From Elusimicrobiota bacterium (lineage in GTDB: Bacteria; Elusimicrobiota; Elusimicrobia; UBA1565), in assembly GCA_043827405.1 (NCBI GenBank), contig JBDRPD010000105.1, forward strand, positions 32,001-96,000: a stretch of 64,000 nucleotides of DNA. Direction: 5' to 3'. Of this stretch, positions 28,410 to 37,437 are shown in pieces. Position numbers and translations under genes: made by a program. Position 1 is the stretch's first letter. Every line of letters begins with the position of its first letter. The notes below the pieces were generated by a model. The model searched no databases, had not been told where the DNA came from, and was given only the letters and a program-made list of their open reading frames with translations.

Positions 28410-29942
28410 ATGGCGGATGCGGCTCAGGGAGTCGTCTACCTTATCGGCGCCGGTCCCGGCGACCCCGAGCTTATCACGGTCAAAGGCAAGCGGCTCCTGG
28501 AGACCTGCGACGCGGTCATCTACGACAATCTCGTAGCCAACGAGTTCGTGCTGGCTCTCCCTGAGGCGGCGGAGAAGCACTATGTGGGGAAACGGGCCGG
28601 CCATCACTGCTTTTCCCAGGACGAGATCAACAAGCTCCTGGTCAAGCTCGGCAAGGAAGGCAAGCGCGTCGCCCGGCTTAAGGGCGGCGACCCCTTTGTT
28701 TTCGGCCGCGGCTCCGAGGAGGCGCGTTTTCTCAAGCAGCACGGCGTTCGCTTCGAGGTGGTCTCCGGCGTGACCTCCGGCGTCGCGGCGCTGGCCTATA
28801 ACGGCATCCCCTGCACCGACCGGAGCAAGTCATCTTTCGTTGTCTTCGCCACCGGTCACAAAGCGGGCGAGAAGCGCGAATCGTCCGTCCCCTGGGGCTG
28901 GATCGCCCAAGCGCGGCGGGGCACCGTCGTAATTTACATGGGTATCGGCGAGATGGAAGCCATCGTCGACCAGCTGCTCACCGGCGGCATGCCGCCGGAG
29001 ACTCCCGCCGCCGTCATCGAGCGCGGCACCTTTCCCTCGCAGCGGGTGGTCCAGGCCGAGCTGGCGGAGCTGCCGAAAAAGACCCGGGCGGCCGGCCTGC
29101 GTCCGCCGGCGATCATCGTCATCGGCGACGTGGTCAGCCTGCAGTCCGAGCTGGAGTGGTACGAGAAGCGGCCGCTGTCCGGCATTCGCGTCATGATCAC
29201 ACGGATCGCCGGTCAGGCGCGTGAGATGCGCGACTCCCTCCGGGATTTGGGCGCGGAGATCCTGTCCTATCCGACCTTGGCGGTCGAGACGCATGACGAC
29301 GCTGAAGGCTGGCGTTCTTTTGACCGGATCGGAAGCGGCGGCAAGTGGCTGGTGTTTACCAGCAGCAATGCCGTGCGGTTTTTTATCCGCCGCTTCGTGG
29401 AGCGCCGCGGTGATATCCGGCAGCTGGCGGGCTTTAAGATCGCGGCTGCGGGAGCAAGCACGGTGCAGGCGCTGCGTGATCTGCATCTGGAGACCGATTT
29501 CGCTCCCGCCATGGCGACCGTGGATACGCTGAGCGCGCGGATGCTCGAAGAGCTGGACCTTAAGGGCGCCGAAGTCGTGCGGGTGCGCGGCAATCTGGCG
29601 GCATCGACTATTGAGGACCGGTTCGAAGCGGCGGGCGTCCGGGTGACGCCGCTGACCGTCTACCAGACGCATAATCCCGTTTGGCCGGATGGGCTCAAGA
29701 GCAAACTGTTCGACCACCCGCCGCAGGTCCTGGTTTTTACCAGCGGCTCATCCGTCGAGGGCCTGTTCTCCAACCTGACAGAAGACGAAGTTCGTACTCT
29801 CACCGCCGGCGCAGTCATCGCCTCTATTGGCCCGATGACGAGCAGCGCCCTGCAGGCGCGCGGCTTGACCGTGACTCTGGAAACCAAGAAATTGACGGTT
29901 CCGGATCTTATCAAGTCCATCGCCGACCTCCACAAAAAATAG
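28410..29942 (+). CDS. cobA: Uroporphyrinogen-III C-methyltransferase fused to uroporphyrinogen-III synthase (CobA-HemD)
   Basis: GAGPGDPELITVKG, RLKGGDPFVFGRG; C-terminal VFTSSNAV, FTSGSSV, SIGPMT. Confidence 0.92.
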   Translation: MADAAQGVVYLIGAGPGDPELITVKGKRLLETCDAVIYDNLVANEFVLALPEAAEKHYVGKRAGHHCFSQDEINKLLVKLGKEGKRVARLKGGDPFVFGRGSEEARFLKQHGVRFEVVSGVTSGVAALAYNGIPCTDRSKSSFVVFATGHKAGEKRESSVPWGWIAQARRGTVVIYMGIGEMEAIVDQLLTGGMPPETPAAVIERGTFPSQRVVQAELAELPKKTRAAGLRPPAIIVIGDVVSLQSELEWYEKRPLSGIRVMITRIAGQAREMRDSLRDLGAEILSYPTLAVETHDDAEGWRSFDRIGSGGKWLVFTSSNAVRFFIRRFVERRGDIRQLAGFKIAAAGASTVQALRDLHLETDFAPAMATVDTLSARMLEELDLKGAEVVRVRGNLAASTIEDRFEAAGVRVTPLTVYQTHNPVWPDGLKSKLFDHPPQVLVFTSGSSVEGLFSNLTEDEVRTLTAGAVIASIGPMTSSALQARGLTVTLETKKLTVPDLIKSIADLHKK

Positions 29943-30000
29943 CAGAAACTCCTTATAAAATAAGGAGAAAGTAATATATTGTTATGTATTGTTTAATATG

Positions 30001-30065
30001 TTGACAAGTCATGGCTTTATTTGTAAAATGCATAAAGTCAATAAATAACCAATAAAGTCAATAAA
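30001..30065 (+). promoter_or_regulatory. Sigma70 promoter followed by a 14-bp direct repeat (20-bp period)
   Basis: TTGACA-17-TAAAAT (30001-30029); ATAAAGTCAATAAA at 30032 and 30052. Confidence 0.7.
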
Positions 30066-30080
30066 CAGGTTTAACGTCAG

Positions 30081-30860
30081 ATGAATGAACGATTTCTCTC
30101 CACGGGCCAAGCAGCGAAAATTTGCTCCGTCACCAGGGATACTGTTCTTAAGTGGATCAAGCTCGGCAAGATCGACGCCATCCAAACTCCGGGCGGGCAT
30201 TACCGGGTCAACCGCATCAGTCTAGACCCATATCTATCCAGCGATAAACCCGTCGCAGCGCTCCAGCCTGCTGATAAGCATGTCTCCTTCTGTTGGGAAT
30301 ACCATGCCAAGGAAGGCGAGATCGGTCATGACTGCCGCAAGTGCATGGTGTTTAAATCCCAGGCGCAGAAGTGCTATCTGATGGCCGGCCTCGGCGAGAA
30401 GGGCGGGCATGTGGGCGTGCACTGCAAGGACAACTGCTACGAATGCGAGTACTTCCGCTTCATTAATGACTCGGTGCCTAATGTCCTGCTGATCACCGAC
30501 AACGAGGACATGATCAAAAGGATGCAGGCGCGTACTTTGGACCGCATGATTCTCCGGGTCGCCAGCTGCGAATACGACACTTCCGCCATGGTCCATGATT
30601 TCAAGCCGGACTTCATCATCATCGATGATTCCCTGATCGGCGGCAGCCCGGATGGGCTGTGCCGGCACCTGATAAAGGACCCGCGGGTTCATGGGGCGCA
30701 AATCATTTTAGCCGTGCCGGAGGGGCGCAAGCGGGACACGCTGCTGGAAGGCGTATGCGCCTCAATGGTCATGCCGTTTAGCGTAGATCAGATGGAGGAG
30801 AGCTTTGACCGGCTCAGAAGAAGCCTGTGGGGTACCCGCAGGCCGCCGGCGCAGAATTGA
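30081..30860 (+). CDS. Regulator: HTH_17 (excisionase/MerR-like) + Cys-rich domain + degenerate receiver-like domain
   Basis: LSTGQAAKICSV...QTPGGHYRV; CWEYH..CRKC..KCYLM..CKDNCYECEYF; FKPDFIIID. Confidence 0.75.
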   Translation: MNERFLSTGQAAKICSVTRDTVLKWIKLGKIDAIQTPGGHYRVNRISLDPYLSSDKPVAALQPADKHVSFCWEYHAKEGEIGHDCRKCMVFKSQAQKCYLMAGLGEKGGHVGVHCKDNCYECEYFRFINDSVPNVLLITDNEDMIKRMQARTLDRMILRVASCEYDTSAMVHDFKPDFIIIDDSLIGGSPDGLCRHLIKDPRVHGAQIILAVPEGRKRDTLLEGVCASMVMPFSVDQMEESFDRLRRSLWGTRRPPAQN

Positions 30861-30877
30861 TCCGTGATTGGAGAGTT

Positions 30878-31408
30878 ATGATGCTAAAAGAGCCCAAGAT
30901 CAGCAATACGAAGTTAACCCTTGTTAAGGGCGATGTGACCGACACGGACGCGGACGCTTTTGTGTTTTACGCCCGCAACGACTTGCAGCTGGGTTCCGGC
31001 TACGGCACGGCGATTACCCTGAGAGGCGGCCCCGGCATCAAGAAGGAGTTGGACGCGATCGGCAGGGTGGCGACGGGCAAGGCCGTGGCGACTGGTGCCG
31101 GTGAGATGAAGGCGAAGGTCATCATCCACGCCTGCGGACCCAAGTTCCAGGAGGAGGACGAGGAGAAAAAGCTGCGCGATACCATGCAGTCTTCCCTAAA
31201 ATGCGCCGATGAGAAGGGCGTGAAGACGCTCGCATTCCCCCCCATGGGCTCAGGCTTCTACGGCATCCCGCTGGACATGTGCCGCAAGGTCATGATCGAG
31301 GAGATCCGGAAGCACCTTGAAGGCAAGACTTGCCTCGAGGAAGTCCGGATCGTCGTGCCGGACCCGAGAGAAGAGGGGCCTTTCGGCGAGGCCATCAAGA
31401 GCCTCTAA
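30878..31408 (+). CDS. Macro-domain protein (divergent)
   Basis: LVKGDVTD, AVATGAGEMKAKVIIHACGP, LAFPPMGSGFYG. Confidence 0.85.
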   Translation: MMLKEPKISNTKLTLVKGDVTDTDADAFVFYARNDLQLGSGYGTAITLRGGPGIKKELDAIGRVATGKAVATGAGEMKAKVIIHACGPKFQEEDEEKKLRDTMQSSLKCADEKGVKTLAFPPMGSGFYGIPLDMCRKVMIEEIRKHLEGKTCLEEVRIVVPDPREEGPFGEAIKSL

Positions 31409-31429
31409 AGGCTTCCGAGGAGAGAAACT

Positions 31430-32140
31430 ATGCAAGAAATGAGTGGATTGCTGCATTTTGCGGAAACACGGCTGCAGGAGGCCGCCTTGGTCTGGATGGC
31501 CTGCGTGTACGCCTTCAAGATCCGGTGGCTGCTGAGCTTTAAGGACGGCAAGGACGGGTCCATCGCCACGGGTATGGGCGCGGTGGACAAGGAGACGGGC
31601 AAGTGGTACTCGATGGCCAACATCGTCATGCCGTGGGCCATGGAGAGCACCCGGAAGAACCCCTTCTTCTACCTCCAATTCGTGCTCTTCCATCTGGGAG
31701 TGGTGGCGTCGATCAGCATGTCCTTCGTTATCCCGTACATGCCCTTCCTGCTGAAAAACGCCCTGGTGGTCAAGGTCATCCAAGGGCTCTGCGCCACGGC
31801 CTGCGTCATCGGCATCGGCCGGATGATCCGGCGCATCGTCAGACCGGTTATGCGGCTGATCAGCACTCCGGATGACTACTTCTCGCTGGCCCTCTTGACC
31901 GTGTGGTTCGCCGTGGCGACGCTGGCGGCGCCCAACGACATCAGCGGCGGCGAAGGGATCATGCTGACCTACTTCTTCATGACCGCGTTCTTTCTGATCT
32001 ACGTCCCCTTCAGCAAGATATCGCACTACCTGTACTACCCGTTCACCCGGTTCTGGATCGGACGCGCGCTCGCCAAGCGCGGCGTCTACCCCCCGGTGAA
32101 GGGTCCCGACCAAGTGGCGAGCAAGTACGCCGAGGTATAA
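31430..32140 (+). CDS. NarI-family membrane cytochrome b (TmcC/HmcE-like)
   Basis: Multi-TM, FHLG, STPDDYFSL, VPFSKISHYLYYPF. Confidence 0.75.
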   Translation: MQEMSGLLHFAETRLQEAALVWMACVYAFKIRWLLSFKDGKDGSIATGMGAVDKETGKWYSMANIVMPWAMESTRKNPFFYLQFVLFHLGVVASISMSFVIPYMPFLLKNALVVKVIQGLCATACVIGIGRMIRRIVRPVMRLISTPDDYFSLALLTVWFAVATLAAPNDISGGEGIMLTYFFMTAFFLIYVPFSKISHYLYYPFTRFWIGRALAKRGVYPPVKGPDQVASKYAEV

Positions 32141-32144
32141 GACC

Positions 32145-33887
32145 ATGAACGACACGAAAACGAGATCACATAAGGCCAAGAAGTTCCTGGAGCGGCTGCC
32201 GATGAAGCTCAACCGGCAGATCGTGGGCTCGCTCGCGGGATGCGTGCACTGCGGCATGTGCACCGACTCCTGCCACTATGTGCTGGCCAACCCCGACGAT
32301 CCGACCTTCGCGCCGGCGCACAAGGCGGACCAGCTGCGCAAGATCTTCAAGCGCCACATCGACTGGACGGGGAAGGCGTTTCCCTGGTGGGTAAGCGCCA
32401 AGAGTGTGTTTACCGATGAGGACCTCGAGACCCTTAAGGACATCGCCTTCGGCAAGTGCACCAATTGCCGGCGCTGCACCTTCAACTGTCCGATGGGCGT
32501 CGACTTCGCGACCGTCAACCGCACCTTGCGCGGCCTCCTGGTCCACGTCGGCGTCATGCCCGAAGGCGTCTCCGTGGTCAGCAAGGACCAATGGGAGATC
32601 GGCAACCAGATGGGCGTGCTCAAGGAAGACTACCTGGAGACGATCGACTGGATGTCGGATGAGCTCGCGGGCGAGGTCGGCGACGAGAAGGCGCGCATCC
32701 CGATCGAGAAGAAGAACGTCGACGTCATGTACACCATTAACCCCCGCGAGGTGAAGTACGACCCGCGCTCGATCTCCGACGCCGCCAGGATCTTCTGGGC
32801 GGCCGGCGAGAGCTGGTGCATGCCGGAAGAGGGCTGGGACATGACCAACTTCGGCCTATTCTCCGGCGACGACGACCTCGGCGGCACCGTGGCCAAGCGG
32901 GTCTACGACAAGGCGCGGGAGATCAACGCCAAGAAGGTCGTTATCTCGGAGTGCGGCCACGGCTACCGCTCGACCCGCTGCGAGGGCGTGAACTGGGCGC
33001 AGGACAAGAAGCCGGTCGTCATGGAAAGCTCGGTCCTCACCATGCTCGAGTACATCAAGTCGGGCAAGATCAAGGTGGACAAGAGCAGGAACCCGGGGAC
33101 CTATACCTTCCATGACTCCTGCAACAACGCCAGAAGCTGCGGGCTGACCGAGGAACCGCGCGAGCTGTTGAGCCTGGTGGTCGAGAATTTCCAGGAGATG
33201 TACCCCAACCGCGCCGAGAACTACTGCTGCACGGGCGGCGGCGGCGCGATGTCGATGTCGGAGTACACGCCGCGGCGGCTTAAGTCGGCGAAGGTCAAGG
33301 CCGACCAGCTCAAGGCCACGGGCGCCAAGATATGTGTGACGTCCTGCCACAACTGCGTGGACGGTCTCTCGGACTGCATCAAGCATTATGAGATCGACAT
33401 GAAGGTGACGCAGCTGGTGAACCTGGTCGCTAACGCCCTGGTCGTCCCGTCGCGGGTCACCCCGCCGGCGGCGAAGGAGCTGGTCCTCGCCGGACGCACC
33501 ATCCTTGTCGTCGACGACGAGCCGGACGCCCTGACGTTCTTCAGCACGGTGCTCTCCGACAACGGCGCCAAGATCGTCGAGCTGTCGGACGGCAGCGAGG
33601 TGCTCAGGAAGGTGAAGGAGCTCAAGCCCGACCTCGTGACGCTCGACATCTCCATGCCGGGGAAGGACGGAGGCAAGGTGCTGGAAGAGCTGCGCAATGA
33701 CCCGGAGACCGAATCGGTGAAGGTCTGCATCATTACCGGCAAGCCGGAGCTCAGGAAGCTCATCTACGACCGCCCCGTGCGGCCGCCGGAAGGCTATCTG
33801 GACAAGCCGGTGGACGAGGAGAAGCTGCTGATGAACGTGCGCAAGATTCTGGAGCTCGCGCACGACGAAGCGCCCGTAGCGGCATAA
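32145..33887 (+). CDS. HdrD/TmcB-like Fe-S oxidoreductase (CCG) fused to a C-terminal receiver domain
   Basis: CVHCGMCTDSC, CTNCRRCTFNCP, SECGHG, HDSCN, CCTGGGG, SCHNC; then ILVVDDEPD...TLDISMP...TG...KP. Confidence 0.88.
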   Translation: MNDTKTRSHKAKKFLERLPMKLNRQIVGSLAGCVHCGMCTDSCHYVLANPDDPTFAPAHKADQLRKIFKRHIDWTGKAFPWWVSAKSVFTDEDLETLKDIAFGKCTNCRRCTFNCPMGVDFATVNRTLRGLLVHVGVMPEGVSVVSKDQWEIGNQMGVLKEDYLETIDWMSDELAGEVGDEKARIPIEKKNVDVMYTINPREVKYDPRSISDAARIFWAAGESWCMPEEGWDMTNFGLFSGDDDLGGTVAKRVYDKAREINAKKVVISECGHGYRSTRCEGVNWAQDKKPVVMESSVLTMLEYIKSGKIKVDKSRNPGTYTFHDSCNNARSCGLTEEPRELLSLVVENFQEMYPNRAENYCCTGGGGAMSMSEYTPRRLKSAKVKADQLKATGAKICVTSCHNCVDGLSDCIKHYEIDMKVTQLVNLVANALVVPSRVTPPAAKELVLAGRTILVVDDEPDALTFFSTVLSDNGAKIVELSDGSEVLRKVKELKPDLVTLDISMPGKDGGKVLEELRNDPETESVKVCIITGKPELRKLIYDRPVRPPEGYLDKPVDEEKLLMNVRKILELAHDEAPVAA

Positions 33888-33903
33888 GCCGCCGCGGGTC
33901 CGA

Positions 33904-33927
33904 CCCGGGAAGCGCGGGCTTCCCGGG
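33904..33927 (+). terminator. Stem-loop between oxidoreductase and kinase
   Basis: CCCGGGAAGC-gcgg-GCTTCCCGGG. Confidence 0.4.
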
Positions 33928-33940
33928 CGGGAGCGGATAC

Positions 33941-35347
33941 ATGGACGCGCCTTTCTATCAGCAGTGCTTTGAGGAAATGCCCTGCTATGTGTCCGTGCAG
34001 GACCGCGACTTCCGCATCATCGAGACCAATCGGCGCTTCCGTGAGCATTTCGGCGACGGCGTCGGCGAGTACTGCCACAAGATATATAAGCGGCGCGACG
34101 AGCGCTGTCCCGTCTGTCCCGTGGCGCAGACCTTCGAGGACGGCAATAACCACACCAGCGAAGAGCAGGTGCGGACTTTGGCCGGCGAGCCGGTCTGCAC
34201 TCTAGTCAACACCTGCCCAATCCGCGACGACAATGGCGAGGTAGTCGGCGTCATCGAGATGTCGACCGACGTCACTGCGGCCAAGCGGCTGCAGCGGCAG
34301 TTGGAAGAGAGCCAAAAGCTCTATCAGCTGCTCTTCGAGGAAGTCCCCTGCTATATATCGGTGCAGGATCGCGACTTCCGCATCGTGCACGCGAACAGTC
34401 GTTTCAAGCGGGACTTCGGGCATAAGCAGGGCTACTGCTACGAGATCTACAAGCACCGCAGCGAGCGCTGCCTGGAGTGCCCGGTTGCGGAGACCTTCAA
34501 GGACGGGAAGGCGCACTACAGTGAAGAGGTCGTGACCTCCGACTCCGGCGAACGGATCAATACGCTCGTCTGCACGGCGTCGATCCGTGACGACAACGGA
34601 GAGATCGTCCAGGTGATGGAGATGTCGGCCAATATCACTCGCATCCGGCAGCTGCAGGATCAACTGACTTCGCTGGGGCTGCTTGTGGGCTCGATCTCGC
34701 ACGGCGTTAAGGGGCTGCTGACCGGCTTGCGCGGCGGCATCTACATGCTTAAAACAGGTATTACAAAGCATGACGATGAACGGATCGCCCGGGCCTGGGA
34801 GATGGTGGAAGGCAACGAGAGCCGCATTCGCGGCATGATCCACAATATCCTGTACTATGCCAAGGAGCGGGAGCTCAATATCGAGACCATCGACGCCGCC
34901 AAGCTGCTCGGCGAGGTCTGCGGCGTGCTGCATGATCGGGCCCGGCAGCTCGGGATAACGTTGACGCAGAAGGAAGGGGCTGTCGGCGAACTGGTCGGCG
35001 ATTCCAACGCTTTGCATGCGGCGTTGGTCAACCTGGTCGACAATTCCTTGGACGCCTGCCGGGTTGACAAGAGGAAGAGCGAACATGCGGTCGAAGTCGG
35101 AGTCCGGGAGGACGGAAGCGAGGTTATTTTCGAGATCACCGACAACGGCATCGGGATGGACCGGGAAACCCGGGAGAAGGCCTTCAGCATGTTCTTCTCC
35201 TCCAAGGGCACGGAAGGAACGGGGCTTGGCCTGTATATTTCCAATAAGATCGTCCTTCAGCATAGGGGAATGATTTCCATCGAGTCGACTGCGGGGCAGG
35301 GGACTCGTTTTGCGGTAAAAATACCCAGAAATGGAGCGCACGCATGA
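33941..35347 (+). CDS. Cytoplasmic histidine kinase with two Cys-containing PAS domains
   Basis: Two PAS repeats with C-x10-CxxCP; H-box SISHGVKG; N box NLVDNS, DNGIG, GTGLGL. Confidence 0.9.
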   Translation: MDAPFYQQCFEEMPCYVSVQDRDFRIIETNRRFREHFGDGVGEYCHKIYKRRDERCPVCPVAQTFEDGNNHTSEEQVRTLAGEPVCTLVNTCPIRDDNGEVVGVIEMSTDVTAAKRLQRQLEESQKLYQLLFEEVPCYISVQDRDFRIVHANSRFKRDFGHKQGYCYEIYKHRSERCLECPVAETFKDGKAHYSEEVVTSDSGERINTLVCTASIRDDNGEIVQVMEMSANITRIRQLQDQLTSLGLLVGSISHGVKGLLTGLRGGIYMLKTGITKHDDERIARAWEMVEGNESRIRGMIHNILYYAKERELNIETIDAAKLLGEVCGVLHDRARQLGITLTQKEGAVGELVGDSNALHAALVNLVDNSLDACRVDKRKSEHAVEVGVREDGSEVIFEITDNGIGMDRETREKAFSMFFSSKGTEGTGLGLYISNKIVLQHRGMISIESTAGQGTRFAVKIPRNGAHA

Positions 35348-35721
35348 GCAAGAAGATATTGGTGGTGGATGACGAGCCCGATACGGTGTCCTTTTTAACG
35401 ACGTTGCTGGAGGACAACGGCTATGTTACGTGTTCGGCTAACGACGGCGATGAGGCGAGAGGCGTGCTGAAGAGCGAGAAGCCGGATCTGATTACCTTAG
35501 ATATCGAGATGCCGAACAAGTCCGGAGTGCGGCTCTACCGGGAGATGAAGGAAGCTCCTGAGCTGAAAGACATCCCCGTGCTTTTTGTCTCCGGCCTGGG
35601 GGACTTCAAAATCTTCATGCAGAAGATCAAGCCCCTGCCGGATCCCGCGGCCTTTGTTGAGAAGCCGCTGGATGAGGAGCGGGTGCTGCAGGCGGTAAAG
35701 AAGGCGCTGCTTCCCGCTTAG
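35344..35721 (+). CDS. Single-domain response regulator
   Basis: ILVVDDEPD, TLDIEMP, EKP. Confidence 0.9.
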   Translation: MSKKILVVDDEPDTVSFLTTLLEDNGYVTCSANDGDEARGVLKSEKPDLITLDIEMPNKSGVRLYREMKEAPELKDIPVLFVSGLGDFKIFMQKIKPLPDPAAFVEKPLDEERVLQAVKKALLPA

Positions 35722-35726
35722 GTCCG

Positions 35727-37277
35727 CTATTTCTTTTCTTTATGGCAGGCGGTGCAGCCGTTGAGTTTGGTTAGTCCCATCTGCTCATGGCACCTCATGC
35801 ACTGCAGATGGTAGGCGCCCTTAAGTCCAGTCATCCCCATATTTCCCGCGAAGGACCTGCCGTGGCAGTTGCGGCAGGCGAGGGGCTTCATTTCTTTGGG
35901 CGTGCTGTGGTGACAGCCCATGCACAGCGTGTCCTCTCCGCCGTGGAAGCTCTTTGCCAGCGCGCTGTCGCGGGCGTTTTTGCGCAAGGTATCGATGATC
36001 TTACGATGCGGGAAGGTTACCTGCTCGTATTTGTCGGAGAGGTGGTCGATGGTGATGTTCTTTGGGATGTCGCCGTCTTTCCAGGAGAGCTTTCCGTAGC
36101 TCTTTTCTTTCAAGAACTTCCCGATATTCTCTGGGCGCGTCGCCGCGATCAGCGGTGAGCTGGGCGGCGGTCCTGAGTGGCATACGCTGCATTCGCCTTT
36201 TCCTAGGGGCTCCTGCTTCATGATAGAGTGGCATCCCGAGCATCCGGGCCGTTGTTTAATTTGGTTGTGGCAGCCGACGCAGCTGTGGCTCGATGTCGGG
36301 GCGTGCATGGAGCGGGCGAGAGTGACGCCCCCGCCTTTTTTATCTCCGAAGAGGGTATGGCAGTCCCGGCATGCCTGCATGTTTTCGTGATGACATGCGC
36401 GGCATGAGGAAGTTGTTTCTTCATGCTGTTTGTGGTCGAATGGGACCGTGTTGATTCGGGCATGCCGCGGGTCGGCGGCGCGCACGAGCGCGGCGTCCGG
36501 CTGACCGCTTTTCAGCCGCGGGACCTTGGCCGGCCTTATAAAGGCAAGCTGGCTGTCCGCATCATGACAGCCCGCGCATGATTTCGGCCCAGAGTCCATA
36601 TTTTTCTCGGTCTTTTCAAGATGGCAGCCGACGCATTTGCGATGCGAGACGCGTTTCATGGATCTTCGGTTGCCCTCGGATGTTCGTCGGTGGCAGTCGC
36701 GGCAGGATCTTTCCCGCCCCTTAATATAGACGAGCTTTTGCTGCCGCTCGTCGAGCTCGTGATGACACAGCTCGCATTTCTTGGCGCTCGCTTTGACGTG
36801 ACGGTAATGCAGGGATTTGTCGAGCCTTATCTCCCGCCGCGAGGAGACCGTCCGCGGCCGCAGCTGATGGCAGACGCCGCAGTCGCTGGTCACGACGGGG
36901 CCGGTTTCCCTTCCGGCCGCGGCCTGCTCTTTATGGCAGGCGATGCACTTGCCGTGGTAGAGGTTCTGCAGCGCCTGCATATCGGCGCCCGGCAGATCTA
37001 CGAACTGGGGAATAAATAATCCTTGGTCGTCCTTTTGGTGACAGGCATCGCAGCTTTTTCCCTGCTTATCGAGAGCCTTGGTGTGCATGTCATGCAGGAA
37101 TGGAACGGCTGGCCGCTTAAGCTCATGGAACTGGGCAATAGAGTCGATCGATATAATATCGGGTCTGGCAGCTTGCGCTTTCTCTTCACTGCCGCTTGCG
37201 GCGCCGAAGAGGATGGCGCTCGCTATGAACGCGCCGAAAACGACGGTTGCTTTGCGTTGTGTTTCGTTTTTCCCCAT
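35727..37277 (-). CDS. hmcA: 16-heme high-molecular-weight cytochrome c
   Basis: Signal peptide; 16 CxxCH motifs counted, with c3-type HxxH distal ligands. Confidence 0.9.
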   Translation of the reverse strand: MGKNETQRKATVVFGAFIASAILFGAASGSEEKAQAARPDIISIDSIAQFHELKRPAVPFLHDMHTKALDKQGKSCDACHQKDDQGLFIPQFVDLPGADMQALQNLYHGKCIACHKEQAAAGRETGPVVTSDCGVCHQLRPRTVSSRREIRLDKSLHYRHVKASAKKCELCHHELDERQQKLVYIKGRERSCRDCHRRTSEGNRRSMKRVSHRKCVGCHLEKTEKNMDSGPKSCAGCHDADSQLAFIRPAKVPRLKSGQPDAALVRAADPRHARINTVPFDHKQHEETTSSCRACHHENMQACRDCHTLFGDKKGGGVTLARSMHAPTSSHSCVGCHNQIKQRPGCSGCHSIMKQEPLGKGECSVCHSGPPPSSPLIAATRPENIGKFLKEKSYGKLSWKDGDIPKNITIDHLSDKYEQVTFPHRKIIDTLRKNARDSALAKSFHGGEDTLCMGCHHSTPKEMKPLACRNCHGRSFAGNMGMTGLKGAYHLQCMRCHEQMGLTKLNGCTACHKEKK

Positions 37278-37292
37278 AAAGATGCCGTTGCG

Positions 37293-37436
37293 TTAAGAGC
37301 CGCTTTCGTTTCCTTCGCTGTTGGTTAATGCCCGGTAAAAGAAAAAGAACCCGACCACGATCGTTACGGCGAGGGCATAGATTACCGCTTCCGTATGGTA
37401 AAAGAATTCATGCAGCGTATGTATTTCGCCTGCCAT
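37293..37436 (-). CDS. hmcD: HmcD-like small membrane subunit (47 aa), not in ORF track
   Basis: MAGEIHTLHEFFYHTEAVIYALAVTIVVGFFFFYRALT...; directly after hmcC. Confidence 0.7.
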   Translation of the reverse strand: MAGEIHTLHEFFYHTEAVIYALAVTIVVGFFFFYRALTNSEGNESGS

Positions 37437-37437
37437 A

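Noticed and set aside
30081..30250. Prophage or ICE excisionase
   Set aside because: The HTH_17 is fused to sensory domains; no integrase or phage genes are in the window.
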